A stretch of DNA of 64,000 bases, from NCBI GenBank assembly GCA_943371235.1, contig CALRTZ010000003.1:32138-96137 (forward strand), read 5' to 3'. Positions 20,258 to 30,300 of this stretch are shown here, in pieces. This DNA is from Sphingobacterium thalpophilum (GTDB lineage: Bacteria; Bacteroidota; Bacteroidia; Sphingobacteriales; Sphingobacteriaceae). The position numbers were made by a program, and so were the translations under genes. Positions within the stretch are counted from its first letter, which is position 1, and each line of letters begins with the position of its first letter. Below the pieces are notes generated by a model. It saw only the letters and a list, made by a program, of their open reading frames with translations, did not search any database and was not told where the DNA came from.

Positions 20258-20656
20258 ATGAAATATTTAAAAATTAGTCTATTATTAATTACACTGATAG
20301 CTGTATTTATAAGCGCATGCAAGGATGATCCTATTGAACCACAAGACAAAGAATTGCCTGTAATCACAAAAATATACCCAAGTATTACACATCAATCGTA
20401 TGATTTTGGCGACACCGCCTTTTTTAGCATAAAATTTAAAGATAACCAGCAATTAGCAAGCGTTTCGCTGCGCTTGTATTTAGAAACAGAGGAGGAAATC
20501 TTATTTACGGCAAAAAGTCCTGCTGCTGATTCGGCAAGAATCGACACCTTTGTTATAATGAATGATTTACGTTTTAGCGACCTCGATTTTACGATAAAAG
20601 CTGTAGACGCGGCGGGCAATGTAGCCTTACAAAGTAGCCATATTCATTTAAGATAA
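20258..20656 (+). CDS. hypothetical lipoprotein
   Basis: Lipobox (..FISAC). 132-aa, beta-rich. Confidence 0.55.
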   Translation: MKYLKISLLLITLIAVFISACKDDPIEPQDKELPVITKIYPSITHQSYDFGDTAFFSIKFKDNQQLASVSLRLYLETEEEILFTAKSPAADSARIDTFVIMNDLRFSDLDFTIKAVDAAGNVALQSSHIHLR

Positions 20657-20725
20657 GCCACAAATTTTGAAACAATTGCCTCAGCCTTTGGGTTCTTTTG
20701 GTACATTTGCAGCACAAATTTTGTT

Positions 20726-21805
20726 ATGTACACTAAAGAAGAAGTATTAAAGGCATTGAGCCACGTTGAAGAGCCAGATTTGGGTAAAGATTTGGTAACG
20801 TTAAATATGATTGAAGATGTAAAAATTAACGATCAAGAAATATCATTTACCGTAATTTTAACCACCCCGGCTTGCCCATTAAAAGAACTCATACACAATG
20901 CATGTGTAAATGCTATCCATCATTTCATTAGCAAAGAGGCTGTTGTTAAAATAAACATGACCTCTAGAGTTACGCAGAAAGAGGGTTCTAAAAATTTCCC
21001 AAACATTAAGAACATTATATTAGTTGCCTCGGGAAAAGGAGGAGTTGGAAAATCAACTGTAGCCGTAAATTTAGCCATTGGCTTAAGTAAACAAGGCGCT
21101 AAAGTAGGTTTAATTGATGCCGATATTTATGGACCTTCTATACCAATGATGTTCCATTTAGAAGGTGCAAGACCTGCGGCAGAAAAAGTAGGAGAGAAAG
21201 TAAGTTTAATGCCGATTGAAAAATACGGTGTAAAATTATTGTCGATTGGATTTTTTACAGACCCAAACCAAGCCATTCCTTGGAGAGGACCCATGGTGAC
21301 AACCGCTTTGCGCCAGTTGTTCCAAGATGCTAATTGGGGTGAATTAGATTATTTAATTGTAGATACGCCTCCAGGTACCGGTGATGTACACATTACTTTA
21401 GCACAAAATTTCCCGATAACTGGTGCTGTTATTGTAACTACACCGCAAAATGTAGCTTTGGCAGATACACGTAAAGGCATTTCGATGTTTAAAATGCAAG
21501 GCATTAATGTGCCTATTTTAGGGATTGTAGAAAACATGGCTTACTTCATTCCAGAAGAATTGCCAGATAATAAGTACTATTTATTTGGTAAAGAAGGAGG
21601 CAGAAAATTAGCACAGCAAATAGATGTAGCCTTTTTAGGTGAAATTCCGTTGGTGCAAGCAGTTGGCCAAGCGGGTGAAATTGGGGAGCCTATTATTTTA
21701 AATGACGAGCACCCGACTGCGAAAGCTTTTGAGACTATCTCTTCGAAAGTAGCGCAACAAGTGGCTATATTAAATGCAGGAATGGCTGAAACAGTTCTTA
21801 ATTAG
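20726..21805 (+). CDS. Mrp/NBP35-family iron-sulfur cluster carrier ATPase
   Basis: N-terminal DUF59-like domain, deviant Walker A SGKGGVGKST, CxxC-like region. Confidence 0.9.
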   Translation: MYTKEEVLKALSHVEEPDLGKDLVTLNMIEDVKINDQEISFTVILTTPACPLKELIHNACVNAIHHFISKEAVVKINMTSRVTQKEGSKNFPNIKNIILVASGKGGVGKSTVAVNLAIGLSKQGAKVGLIDADIYGPSIPMMFHLEGARPAAEKVGEKVSLMPIEKYGVKLLSIGFFTDPNQAIPWRGPMVTTALRQLFQDANWGELDYLIVDTPPGTGDVHITLAQNFPITGAVIVTTPQNVALADTRKGISMFKMQGINVPILGIVENMAYFIPEELPDNKYYLFGKEGGRKLAQQIDVAFLGEIPLVQAVGQAGEIGEPIILNDEHPTAKAFETISSKVAQQVAILNAGMAETVLN

Positions 21806-21846
21806 AATTGTTATAAATAATATTAACTTTGTAAAAAACAATTCAA

Positions 21847-22143
21847 ATGAGCCAAGTAAACACAGAATTAATCGAGCGCATAGAAGCAGCGTTAGACCAA
21901 ATAAGACCATACTTAGAAGCAGATGGTGGTAACGTTGCGTTACAAGAAGTAACTGAAGACATGGTAGTAAAGTTAAAGCTATTAGGCGCTTGCGGTACTT
22001 GCCCAATGAGCATCATGACCTTAAAGGCGGGTGTTGAGCAAGCATTGAAACGTTCTATTCCAGAAATTAATTCGGTTGAAGCCATCAATATTACAGATAT
22101 GGACGATCCGAATGCAGTTTTACCTGAAAGACTAAGAAGCTAA
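21847..22143 (+). CDS. NifU C-terminal-domain (Nfu-type) Fe-S scaffold protein
   Basis: GGNVALQEV ... GACGTCPMS motif. Confidence 0.85.
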   Translation: MSQVNTELIERIEAALDQIRPYLEADGGNVALQEVTEDMVVKLKLLGACGTCPMSIMTLKAGVEQALKRSIPEINSVEAINITDMDDPNAVLPERLRS

Positions 22144-22179
22144 AAACAACGTTTCTGCTTTATTCAATAATTAAGTATT

Positions 22180-22830
22180 ATGATTAAAAAGCTTTTTTTC
22201 TTGCTGATAATTTTATCGGCAATGTGTATTGCCAATGCAAATGCGCAAGAAAAGAAGCTTATACAATTCTCTGGTATAGTAATACACGCGGACAGTTTAG
22301 AGCCGCTCCCATTTGTAAACATCATTAATATTTCTAGAAATTATAAAGGCACGTATACAGATATGCGTGGCTTTTTTTCATTGGTAGTAAGTGTAGGCGA
22401 TACCATACAAATTTCATCCTTAGGATATAAAAAGCAAGAGTTAATAATTCCGAAAGATTTAGTGAATAATACCTTGAGTGCTATTTTTAAATTAAAGATG
22501 GATGCGATTGATTTGCCAATGATTTATATTTTCCCGTATGCAACTATTGAACAGTTTAAGCAAGCATTTATAAAACTACGTTTGCCCGATGATGATTTAA
22601 TGATTGCACAGAAAAACTTAGATGCTAGTTTAATGATGGCAATGAGTTCAGCAATGGCATGGGATGGCACACAAAATACACGCTATTATTTCCAGCAACA
22701 GTCTGAAAAGCTATACTGGCGAGGCCAAGAGCGATACAACCCCCTATTAGATGTAGTAAAAATAAATCAGTTTATTCGTTTACTCGGCGAAGGGAAAATT
22801 AGTTTGAAGAACGAGAAAAAAGATGAGTAA
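22180..22830 (+). CDS. carboxypeptidase-regulatory-like domain protein (secreted)
   Basis: Signal peptide. FSGIVIHADSLEPLPFVNI ... DTIQISSLGYKKQELII resembles the CarboxypepD_reg fold pattern. Confidence 0.6.
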   Translation: MIKKLFFLLIILSAMCIANANAQEKKLIQFSGIVIHADSLEPLPFVNIINISRNYKGTYTDMRGFFSLVVSVGDTIQISSLGYKKQELIIPKDLVNNTLSAIFKLKMDAIDLPMIYIFPYATIEQFKQAFIKLRLPDDDLMIAQKNLDASLMMAMSSAMAWDGTQNTRYYFQQQSEKLYWRGQERYNPLLDVVKINQFIRLLGEGKISLKNEKKDE

Positions 22831-22863
22831 ATGTGCAAATGCGATAATGTGCATATTTACGCA

Positions 22864-23442
22864 TTATCTACGTTTTTTTGCAGCAGGATACTTCATTTTA
22901 TAATCTGGTTTTACCAAACCCTTCGTAATAGCATCTAATTTTTTAGCGATTAATCTTTTCTTGATAGGTGAAATTTTATCGATAAATAATTTCCCTTCAA
23001 TGTGATCGTATTCATGTTGAATAATACGCGCCAAAATTCCGTTATAATCTTCTTCGTGTGCTACGAAGTTTTCATCCACATATTTTATTTTAATATTTGA
23101 CAAACGATTTACGTCTTCTCTAATTTCAGGGATGCTTAAACAGCCTTCATTGAAAGGCCATTCTTTACCACTCTCATCAATGATATAAGCATTGATAAAA
23201 ATCTTTTTAAAACTCTTTAGTTCCGGTTTATCCTCATCGTCATCGTCAAAAGGAGAAGCATCAACAATAAACAAACGAATATCTAGGCCAACTTGAGGAG
23301 CAGCCAAGCCAACACCACGAGCGTGGTACATGGTTTCGAACATGTCGGCAATTAATTGTTTTAAATTCGGATACTCTTTATCGATATCAACACTAACTTT
23401 TCTGAGTACGGGATCGCCGTATGCGATAATAGGTAAAATCAT
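22864..23442 (-). CDS. def: peptide deformylase
   Basis: GVGLAAPQVG, EGCLSIP and HEYDHIEG motifs. Confidence 0.95.
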   Translation of the reverse strand: MILPIIAYGDPVLRKVSVDIDKEYPNLKQLIADMFETMYHARGVGLAAPQVGLDIRLFIVDASPFDDDDEDKPELKSFKKIFINAYIIDESGKEWPFNEGCLSIPEIREDVNRLSNIKIKYVDENFVAHEEDYNGILARIIQHEYDHIEGKLFIDKISPIKKRLIAKKLDAITKGLVKPDYKMKYPAAKKRR

Positions 23443-23448
23443 ATTTCT

Positions 23449-23862
23449 TTATTGGTTCATCGACATGTAAGATTGCAAGATAATGGTTGCGCTTACGGTA
23501 TCAATTAGTTCTTTACTTTGACGGTTTTTTTTATTCATTCCACTTTGAGCGATTACTTGCGAGGCCATTTTCGAAGTAAATCGTTCATCTATTCTTTTAA
23601 TATTGATATTGGGAAACGCGACTTTTATTTTATCTATTTCCTTATTTATCAGAGCTGCCGATTGCGAGGGAGTGTTATCCATTTGCTTTGGTTCTCCGAC
23701 AATTAGCAATTCTACTTCTTCTTTTTGGAAGTAATCTTTTAAAAAAGAGACTAATTCCTGCGTTGGGATTGTATTTAATGCCGTAGCGATAATTCGCATT
23801 GGATCGGTAACTGCAATACCTGTTCTTTTGGCACCTACATCGAGTGCTAACCATCTTCCCAT
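23449..23862 (-). CDS. ruvX: YqgF/RuvX putative pre-16S rRNA nuclease / Holliday junction resolvase
   Basis: LALDVGAKRTGIAV ... ERFTS pattern. 137 aa. Confidence 0.9.
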   Translation of the reverse strand: MGRWLALDVGAKRTGIAVTDPMRIIATALNTIPTQELVSFLKDYFQKEEVELLIVGEPKQMDNTPSQSAALINKEIDKIKVAFPNINIKRIDERFTSKMASQVIAQSGMNKKNRQSKELIDTVSATIILQSYMSMNQ

Positions 23863-23912
23863 AATGCAAAGATAAGGGATGAAAACGAATTTTAAATTTT
23901 ATAAATTGCGGC

Positions 23913-25028
23913 ATGTTATTTAAAGAGATTCCCGGACATACGGAAGTAAAGGAAAGGTTGATTCGGTCTATAAATGAAGAGCGCGTTAGTCATGCGCAAT
24001 TATTTCTAGGACAGAGTGGTAGCGGATCTTTAGCTATGGCTGTAGCATACGCTCAATATTTAAACTGCACGAATAGAGTAGAGAACGATTCATGCGGAGA
24101 GTGCTCCTCATGCAGGAAATATCAGAAATTAATACACCCCGATTTGCATTTTAGTTATCCATTTATAGCTAAGAAGCCGGAAGATGTGAGCACTGTTTAC
24201 ATCAAAGAGTGGAGAGAAGCATTAACGAAGCATCCTTATATGGATTTGCAAGAGTGGATGGATGCTTTAGAAGCAGAAAACAAACAACCGAACATAAACA
24301 TTGCCGAGTGCCACGATATTATTAAGAGGCTTACGTATAAAGCGTACGAGGCAGAATACAAAGTATTAATCATGTGGTTGCCAGAATATTTAGGAGTAAC
24401 CGGTAATACCTTGTTGAAATTAATTGAAGAACCCCCAGAGAAAACCTTGTTTATATTGGTAGCGGAGCAATACGACCAGATATTAAATACCATACTTTCA
24501 AGAACACAACTTATTAAAATTAATAGGTTTAGTGATGAGGAGATAAAAGAGCATTTATTGAGCCTAGGTTGCGAAGAGCAAGCGGCGGCGAGGTATGCAT
24601 ATTTAGCAGATGGTAGTATGCAAGCAGGAATTAATTTAATGAGCCAAGAAGAAAATAATTTGGAAGAATTGTTTGTGCAATGGTTTAGGTTATGTTATGG
24701 AAAAAGGGGAATTGAAATACAGGGTTTAATTGAACAAATAGCCCCGGCTTCTTTTGGAAGAGAGAATCAAAAAAATATGTTGCGTTTTGGTTTACAAGTA
24801 ATTAGAGATTGTTTAACGCACAATGCATCGGCATCGGAAATTATACGATTTGAGAGTAAACATTTTGAGATAGCAAAAATGGCATCCATTTTAAACATGG
24901 AAAATGCCAGTTATATCATAGATGATATTGAGAAGGCTATATACCATATTGAGCGTAATGCGAACGCTAAAATTGTATTTTTAGACCTTTCCGTACAAGT
25001 TATGAGGGATTTGCAAAGAAAAATGTAA
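23913..25028 (+). CDS. holB: DNA polymerase III subunit delta'
   Basis: HAQLFLGQSGSG P-loop-like region, Zn module CGECSSC, and EEPPEKT box. Confidence 0.85.
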   Translation: MLFKEIPGHTEVKERLIRSINEERVSHAQLFLGQSGSGSLAMAVAYAQYLNCTNRVENDSCGECSSCRKYQKLIHPDLHFSYPFIAKKPEDVSTVYIKEWREALTKHPYMDLQEWMDALEAENKQPNINIAECHDIIKRLTYKAYEAEYKVLIMWLPEYLGVTGNTLLKLIEEPPEKTLFILVAEQYDQILNTILSRTQLIKINRFSDEEIKEHLLSLGCEEQAAARYAYLADGSMQAGINLMSQEENNLEELFVQWFRLCYGKRGIEIQGLIEQIAPASFGRENQKNMLRFGLQVIRDCLTHNASASEIIRFESKHFEIAKMASILNMENASYIIDDIEKAIYHIERNANAKIVFLDLSVQVMRDLQRKM

Positions 25029-25054
25029 ATTCGCATTAATTAAATTTTATAAAT

Positions 25055-26269
25055 ATGGGATGTGGATCATGTTCAAGTGGTGGGTGTGTGCCGGCAGGAT
25101 GTAACAGCAATGGTTCTTGTATGACGGGAGGAGGATGTAGTAAGTTAGATGTATACGATTGGTTTTCAAACGTAGACATGCCTTCGAACTACAAAGCATT
25201 TAATATACTTGAAGTGAGGTTTAAAGGCTCACGAAAAGATTTTTATCGAAACACCGACAATATATATGTAGAAGCAGGCGAGCTTGTTTGTGTAGAATCG
25301 GGTACTGGTGGCTATGATGTTGGCCACGTAACGATGACAGGCGAATTGGTTCGAATGCAGATGAAAAAAAGAGGTGTTGCGGTAGATGCTCCCGAAATCA
25401 AGAAATTGTATCGTAAGTCTAGCGCACTAGATGTAGAGAAATGGAAACTAGCGAAAGGCTTGGAGTACGAAACTATGCATCGTGCCCGCAAAATTATTAT
25501 TGAGTTAAAACTCGATATGAAATTAAGCGATGTAGATTACCAAGGTGATAAAACCAAGGCTACATTTTATTACACAGCAGAAGACCGTGTAGATTTTAGG
25601 GAGTTGATTAAAAAACTTGCCGAAGAATTTAAGGTACGTATAGAGATGCGACAAATTGGGATGCGACAAGAAGCTAGCCGCCTTGGTGGTATTGGTTCTT
25701 GTGGCCGAGAATTATGTTGCTCTACTTGGCTTACTGATTTTAAAACAGTAAGTACTTCTGCAGCTCGTTATCAAAACTTATCCTTAAACACGTTAAAACT
25801 TGCCGGACAATGTGGTAAGTTAAAATGTTGCTTAAACTATGAGTTGGATACGTACATGGATGCCTTGAAAGATTTCCCTGATGATATTAAGGAAATTAAA
25901 ACCAGAAGAGGTTCTGCTTATTTACAAAAAACCGACATCTTTAAAAAGACCATGTGGTTTAGTTATAGACACGATGAACCTTGGGTGCCATTGCATGTGA
26001 GCAGAGTAAATTCAATTATTGCGATGAACAAAAACAATGAATATCCGGAAGATTTATCGGACATTATAATTGTTCCAAAGTTGATAGAAAAAGTATTGGA
26101 TTACGATAATGTTGTTGGGCAAGATTCGCTTACTCGTATGGATGAGCGCAATCGTAAAAAGAAAAACAACAACCGTAAAAAAAGCAATAATCGCAAACCA
26201 AATAGTACACCAAATGCAGGAGGTGCTGCACCAAATAGCAGGCCACCACAAAACCGTCCGAAAAAATAA
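25055..26269 (+). CDS. PSP1-domain protein (YaaT/RicT-like)
   Basis: Cys-rich N-terminus, PSP1 C-terminal-type core (ATFYYTAEDRVDFRELIKKLA, GSCGRELCC, CGKLKCCLNYE), basic tail. Confidence 0.85.
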   Translation: MGCGSCSSGGCVPAGCNSNGSCMTGGGCSKLDVYDWFSNVDMPSNYKAFNILEVRFKGSRKDFYRNTDNIYVEAGELVCVESGTGGYDVGHVTMTGELVRMQMKKRGVAVDAPEIKKLYRKSSALDVEKWKLAKGLEYETMHRARKIIIELKLDMKLSDVDYQGDKTKATFYYTAEDRVDFRELIKKLAEEFKVRIEMRQIGMRQEASRLGGIGSCGRELCCSTWLTDFKTVSTSAARYQNLSLNTLKLAGQCGKLKCCLNYELDTYMDALKDFPDDIKEIKTRRGSAYLQKTDIFKKTMWFSYRHDEPWVPLHVSRVNSIIAMNKNNEYPEDLSDIIIVPKLIEKVLDYDNVVGQDSLTRMDERNRKKKNNNRKKSNNRKPNSTPNAGGAAPNSRPPQNRPKK

Positions 26270-26736
26270 TGAAAGCAAGAGTATCTTTTTTCATTTTACT
26301 AACGATGGTATTGTTTAATGCTTGTGATGATGCTCGAGTGTTTGAAGATTACCAAACTATAAAAGACGACAATTGGTACATTAACCAAAAACCGACTTTT
26401 TATTTAGAGGTAAGTGATACGCTTAGTGAACATGACATTTATTTTAATGTGAGGCATACAGGAACGTATAAGTATTCAAATCTATTTGTGTTGTTTACGA
26501 TACAGGGCCCTAAAGCAAAACCAGAAACACAGCGCTTAGAATTTAAGTTAGCAGAGTTAGATGGTAAATGGTTGGGCTCTGGCTTAGGTGATATGTACGC
26601 TAACCAAATTAAAATAATGGATAAAGTAAAATTTCCACGCAAGGGAGTTTACTCATTCAGCATCGAACAAAATATGCGCGATAATCCTTTGGCAGGTATA
26701 GAAGATATTGGTGTAAGAATAGAAAAAAGTCGCTAG
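26269..26736 (+). CDS. gldH: gliding-motility lipoprotein GldH-like
   Basis: About 155-aa lipoprotein (..LFNAC) directly after the holB and PSP1 genes, the gene order I recall for gldH in Bacteroidota. 1-nt TAATG overlap with the PSP1 gene. Confidence 0.65.
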   Translation: MKARVSFFILLTMVLFNACDDARVFEDYQTIKDDNWYINQKPTFYLEVSDTLSEHDIYFNVRHTGTYKYSNLFVLFTIQGPKAKPETQRLEFKLAELDGKWLGSGLGDMYANQIKIMDKVKFPRKGVYSFSIEQNMRDNPLAGIEDIGVRIEKSR

Positions 26737-26740
26737 TTAC

Positions 26741-26779
26741 TAGTCGTTAGTCTTTAGACAGTCTAAAGACTAACGACTA
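26741..26779. terminator. perfect 19-bp/19-bp palindrome built from 7-bp tandem units (bidirectional terminator candidate)
   Basis: tagtcgttagtctttagac-a-gtctaaagactaacgacta, lying between convergent genes. The 19-mer tagtcgttagtctttagac recurs exactly at 33253-33271. Confidence 0.75.
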
Positions 26780-26796
26780 AGGACTAATATCTAAAA

Positions 26797-27384
26797 TCAC
26801 CAATACTTAATATCAAACCATCCATCGGTAATACTTACTGTATCCGACTCGTCGCCTACCATAAACATTTTTGCTTTGAAGTTAAAGGTGCCAGCAATTA
26901 TTTTGTTTACAGTATCTAGTTTTTTAATGTGTATGTAACCTAAATGTTCGTTGGTAGTTACATATGCTAAATTAAATAAATGATTTTCACCTACTGAGTA
27001 TTGTAATTGATTTCTTGCACCCTCAACAGATTCGCGAGCAATGTAAATACCGGTATCAACCAAATTTTCAATATTTAAAATTACTTCTTGGTAACCTCGT
27101 TTACGTTTTGAAGTAGCTTCAATATAAAATATTGAATTATCGGAAAAGAGATCTTTAAAGTACATTCTAATAATTCCCGGCAAGGTATCGAACTCGCTAC
27201 CACTCACTACTACTTTGTTATTTACACGGTAAGCAAATATATCTTTGCCTTCTTCAGAATAAGCGGGCATGGTATCAATTTCTTCTTTCAACATTGCACT
27301 GTTTAGTGTAGCAACATCATACTGCTCACATGCATTAAACATTAGCAAAACCGATATACTCAATGCAAAAAATATTTGTTTCAT
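26797..27384 (-). CDS. hypothetical lipoprotein, translationally coupled to the upstream giant T9SS protein gene
   Basis: Lipobox (..MFNAC). Its ATG overlaps the upstream stop (ATGA at 27381-27384). The C-terminal motif KLDTVNKIIAGTF...ITDGWFDIK is shared with the 39274..39807 protein. Confidence 0.6.
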   Translation of the reverse strand: MKQIFFALSISVLLMFNACEQYDVATLNSAMLKEEIDTMPAYSEEGKDIFAYRVNNKVVVSGSEFDTLPGIIRMYFKDLFSDNSIFYIEATSKRKRGYQEVILNIENLVDTGIYIARESVEGARNQLQYSVGENHLFNLAYVTTNEHLGYIHIKKLDTVNKIIAGTFNFKAKMFMVGDESDTVSITDGWFDIKYW

Positions 27385-30300
27385 TTTTCAGCTGTTAGTA
27401 CAATTTTTTTAATTAATTCACTTTTTGAAGTTTTCACATGTACTAAATACATTCCAGGTGAATATCCTTTCAGGCTTAATTTAACAAGAGAAGGTGATTG
27501 TGAAATGGCAACTTCCTTAAGTAATTTACCTTGTAAACTAAATATACTTACTGAGTATATTTTAGAATTCTCATCGTTTAAAAGCACTTCGAACAAACCA
27601 TTTGTAGGGTTTGGCATTAATGTAACTTCCTCCTTCTTCATGTTATTTTGTTGATTTATATTATTAAGTAGATCTGGTTCGATTTTGTATTTATTTATTT
27701 CAGGACATTCAGTAAGTATCGAATCTATTTGCTGAATCGAATAGGAATTCCTACTGATTTTTATTTTTGCTTCCGTTATACACGTCCAGTAGTTTAAATG
27801 ATTTTCGGTGCTTGGATTGTCAACATACATCAGCGCATTTCTATATTCTTGAAGTGCTTGTTCGAACAATCCCGTATTACATTTTAATTGAGCTTGTTCA
27901 ACTAAGCGATTATATTTTTCTTGATTCTCGATATATAAATTAATGCTCTTATTGTTGTGATTCTCATATGCCTCTTGATCTTTAGTAGAATCGATAATTG
28001 GGAGGCCAGTGCCTTGTCCTGCCAAGGCGCAACCATTAGTACTAGCAAAAGCCATAACAGGTGCTACTAAAAAATTTTGAATACGGGCTGAAGAGGGCGC
28101 TGCATTTAAGGAGACAAAATAGAACTTTTGTGATGGCGGATTTAAAAATGTATTAGAATTGATTCGAGTATACCAATTGTTGCCTTTAAAATTTATAGCA
28201 TTTGGAATATTTGTCATGGTGCCAGCAACAAAAAAGTTATTCTGATCTGCATCAATTTTAAATCGATTAAAGCCATTTGCTATATTTATGTTGGAAGCAT
28301 TATCTAAACAAATAGTTCTATTGTTTAATCGAGCTTTAACCGACAATGTATTGGAACCAGCATTTGCAACAGGGCTCATATTTAACACTGCATTATTTGC
28401 AACCCATACGCTGTAATAATTTGCATCTAAAATCTCAGAACAATTTAAGTTTAAAATACCTTGACTGGCATACACTCCTACATTGTAATTATTTATGTAA
28501 GTATTAAAAATAGTTAAAGAGGTATTTGAATTAGATACAAATTGTACTGCCGCATTATTAAAAGGAAAAGTAGTTTGTAAATTAGAACCAGTAAAAGTGC
28601 AATTAGTAATATAACTTGTTATATTCATTGCATCGGCGGTAATTACTTTTTTGCAATTGTTACTCATCACATTTCTCAAATCAAAGCCTTTTCCAAAAAC
28701 TCGAATTGCGATTTCGTTATTATTAAATTCACAGGATTCAACTACTAGCGGATTACCTACTATATTGTAAGATTCGATATTCGTTAAGTACCCAGTGATT
28801 CCATGTCTATTATTGTTGAACGTGCAACTTTGAATTTGAACATCAGCTTGTCCATTTAAAAATATACCATTCCCACCATTAATTGTACAATTGATTAAAG
28901 AGGTAGCGATGGCAGAATTAATATAACTTGCTGTACCTAACAAATCAATTCGTGCATTTTTTACTTCAAATAAGTTATTGCTATTTAATGTGAATGGAAA
29001 ACCAATATTCTTACCATCTTCGATGCTTAACACCACATCATTTTTACCTGATCCTAGGAGTTTTATTTTAGAATTTTTACCAAGAATTATATCTGTTGTT
29101 TTTATGTGTAATTGCCCAGCACCTGTAAAACTTAAAATAGCATCGTCTTCAATTTCTAATGCTCCTTCTATGATGATAATTGAATTATTATCGAATAAAT
29201 TAATATCAACATTTTTACCAATAACTAACTTGCTCCCTTTCTCAATCACCAATTTAGAAGTATTAAATACCTCGAGTTTTGCAAGATCATCTAAATGTAA
29301 AATTGAGTTTTCTGATATCCTCAATTCACCATTGGAATAACCCCAGTGACCAATTTTTATTATACCTCTGTTCGAAACTTTTATGGTAATAGGATTGCAT
29401 TTTACGTTATATCCATCCACTACAAAATTAGAATTCCTTGCGGGGCGAGCTTCATTATTGTATCCAGTAGGTTCATGAATATTTATTCCTAAAATTCCGT
29501 CGTCTTTTACCTCAAAAGATTCGATGTAGAAATCTTGTGTGTTTACACCGTAATTAAAATTTTTACCAGCACGTATAACTTTTGTATCAGAACTTGCATG
29601 TACGGTTCTAGTTCCATTTCTTAATTCGCGTTTTAACCAAGCTGAATTATTTTGTGTAATTAACACGTGAGCTTCATTTTGCTCGGGTGCGTAATACGAA
29701 ACAAAAGGAGTAAGATTATTGCACAGTATTTTTGCATCTTTTATCCCAAACATATAATTTGTATGCCCATCAGCATATTTAATGTCTAATGCGCTTACAC
29801 TCGGTATAAAATTATGATGTGCATGATATAGTGTAAATCCGCTTCTTAATACTCCATTACTATGTGTTAATTGGTATTGAGTATCGTACCTTCCACCAGG
29901 GGCATTATCTAAACTTGTTGGATATGGATTGTTTAATATTACAGATGCTTGCCTAACATAAGTTTCTAGTTGATAAAAATTGTTTGGATTAATTGCTCTT
30001 AAATCGGCGACAACCGCGGTGCCACTATTTGGTGATGCATACACATTTCCTCTTGCTGCATTTAATGCGTTTCCAAAAATTCCAATATTTAACGAAAACA
30101 ATAAACCAGAAATTCCTTGTGTTTGCTTAGTTTCACTTCCATTAATTAAGGCTACGTTTCTGGTTTTTGTGGGATATCCATTACTTCCAGGTAGAGAATT
30201 TGTGCTGCAATTTATTAAATACCTGCTTCGGAAATTATGTGATTGAGGATTGACACTAAAAGGGAAATAATAATGTATTAACATTTCTCTAGCTGCTGGA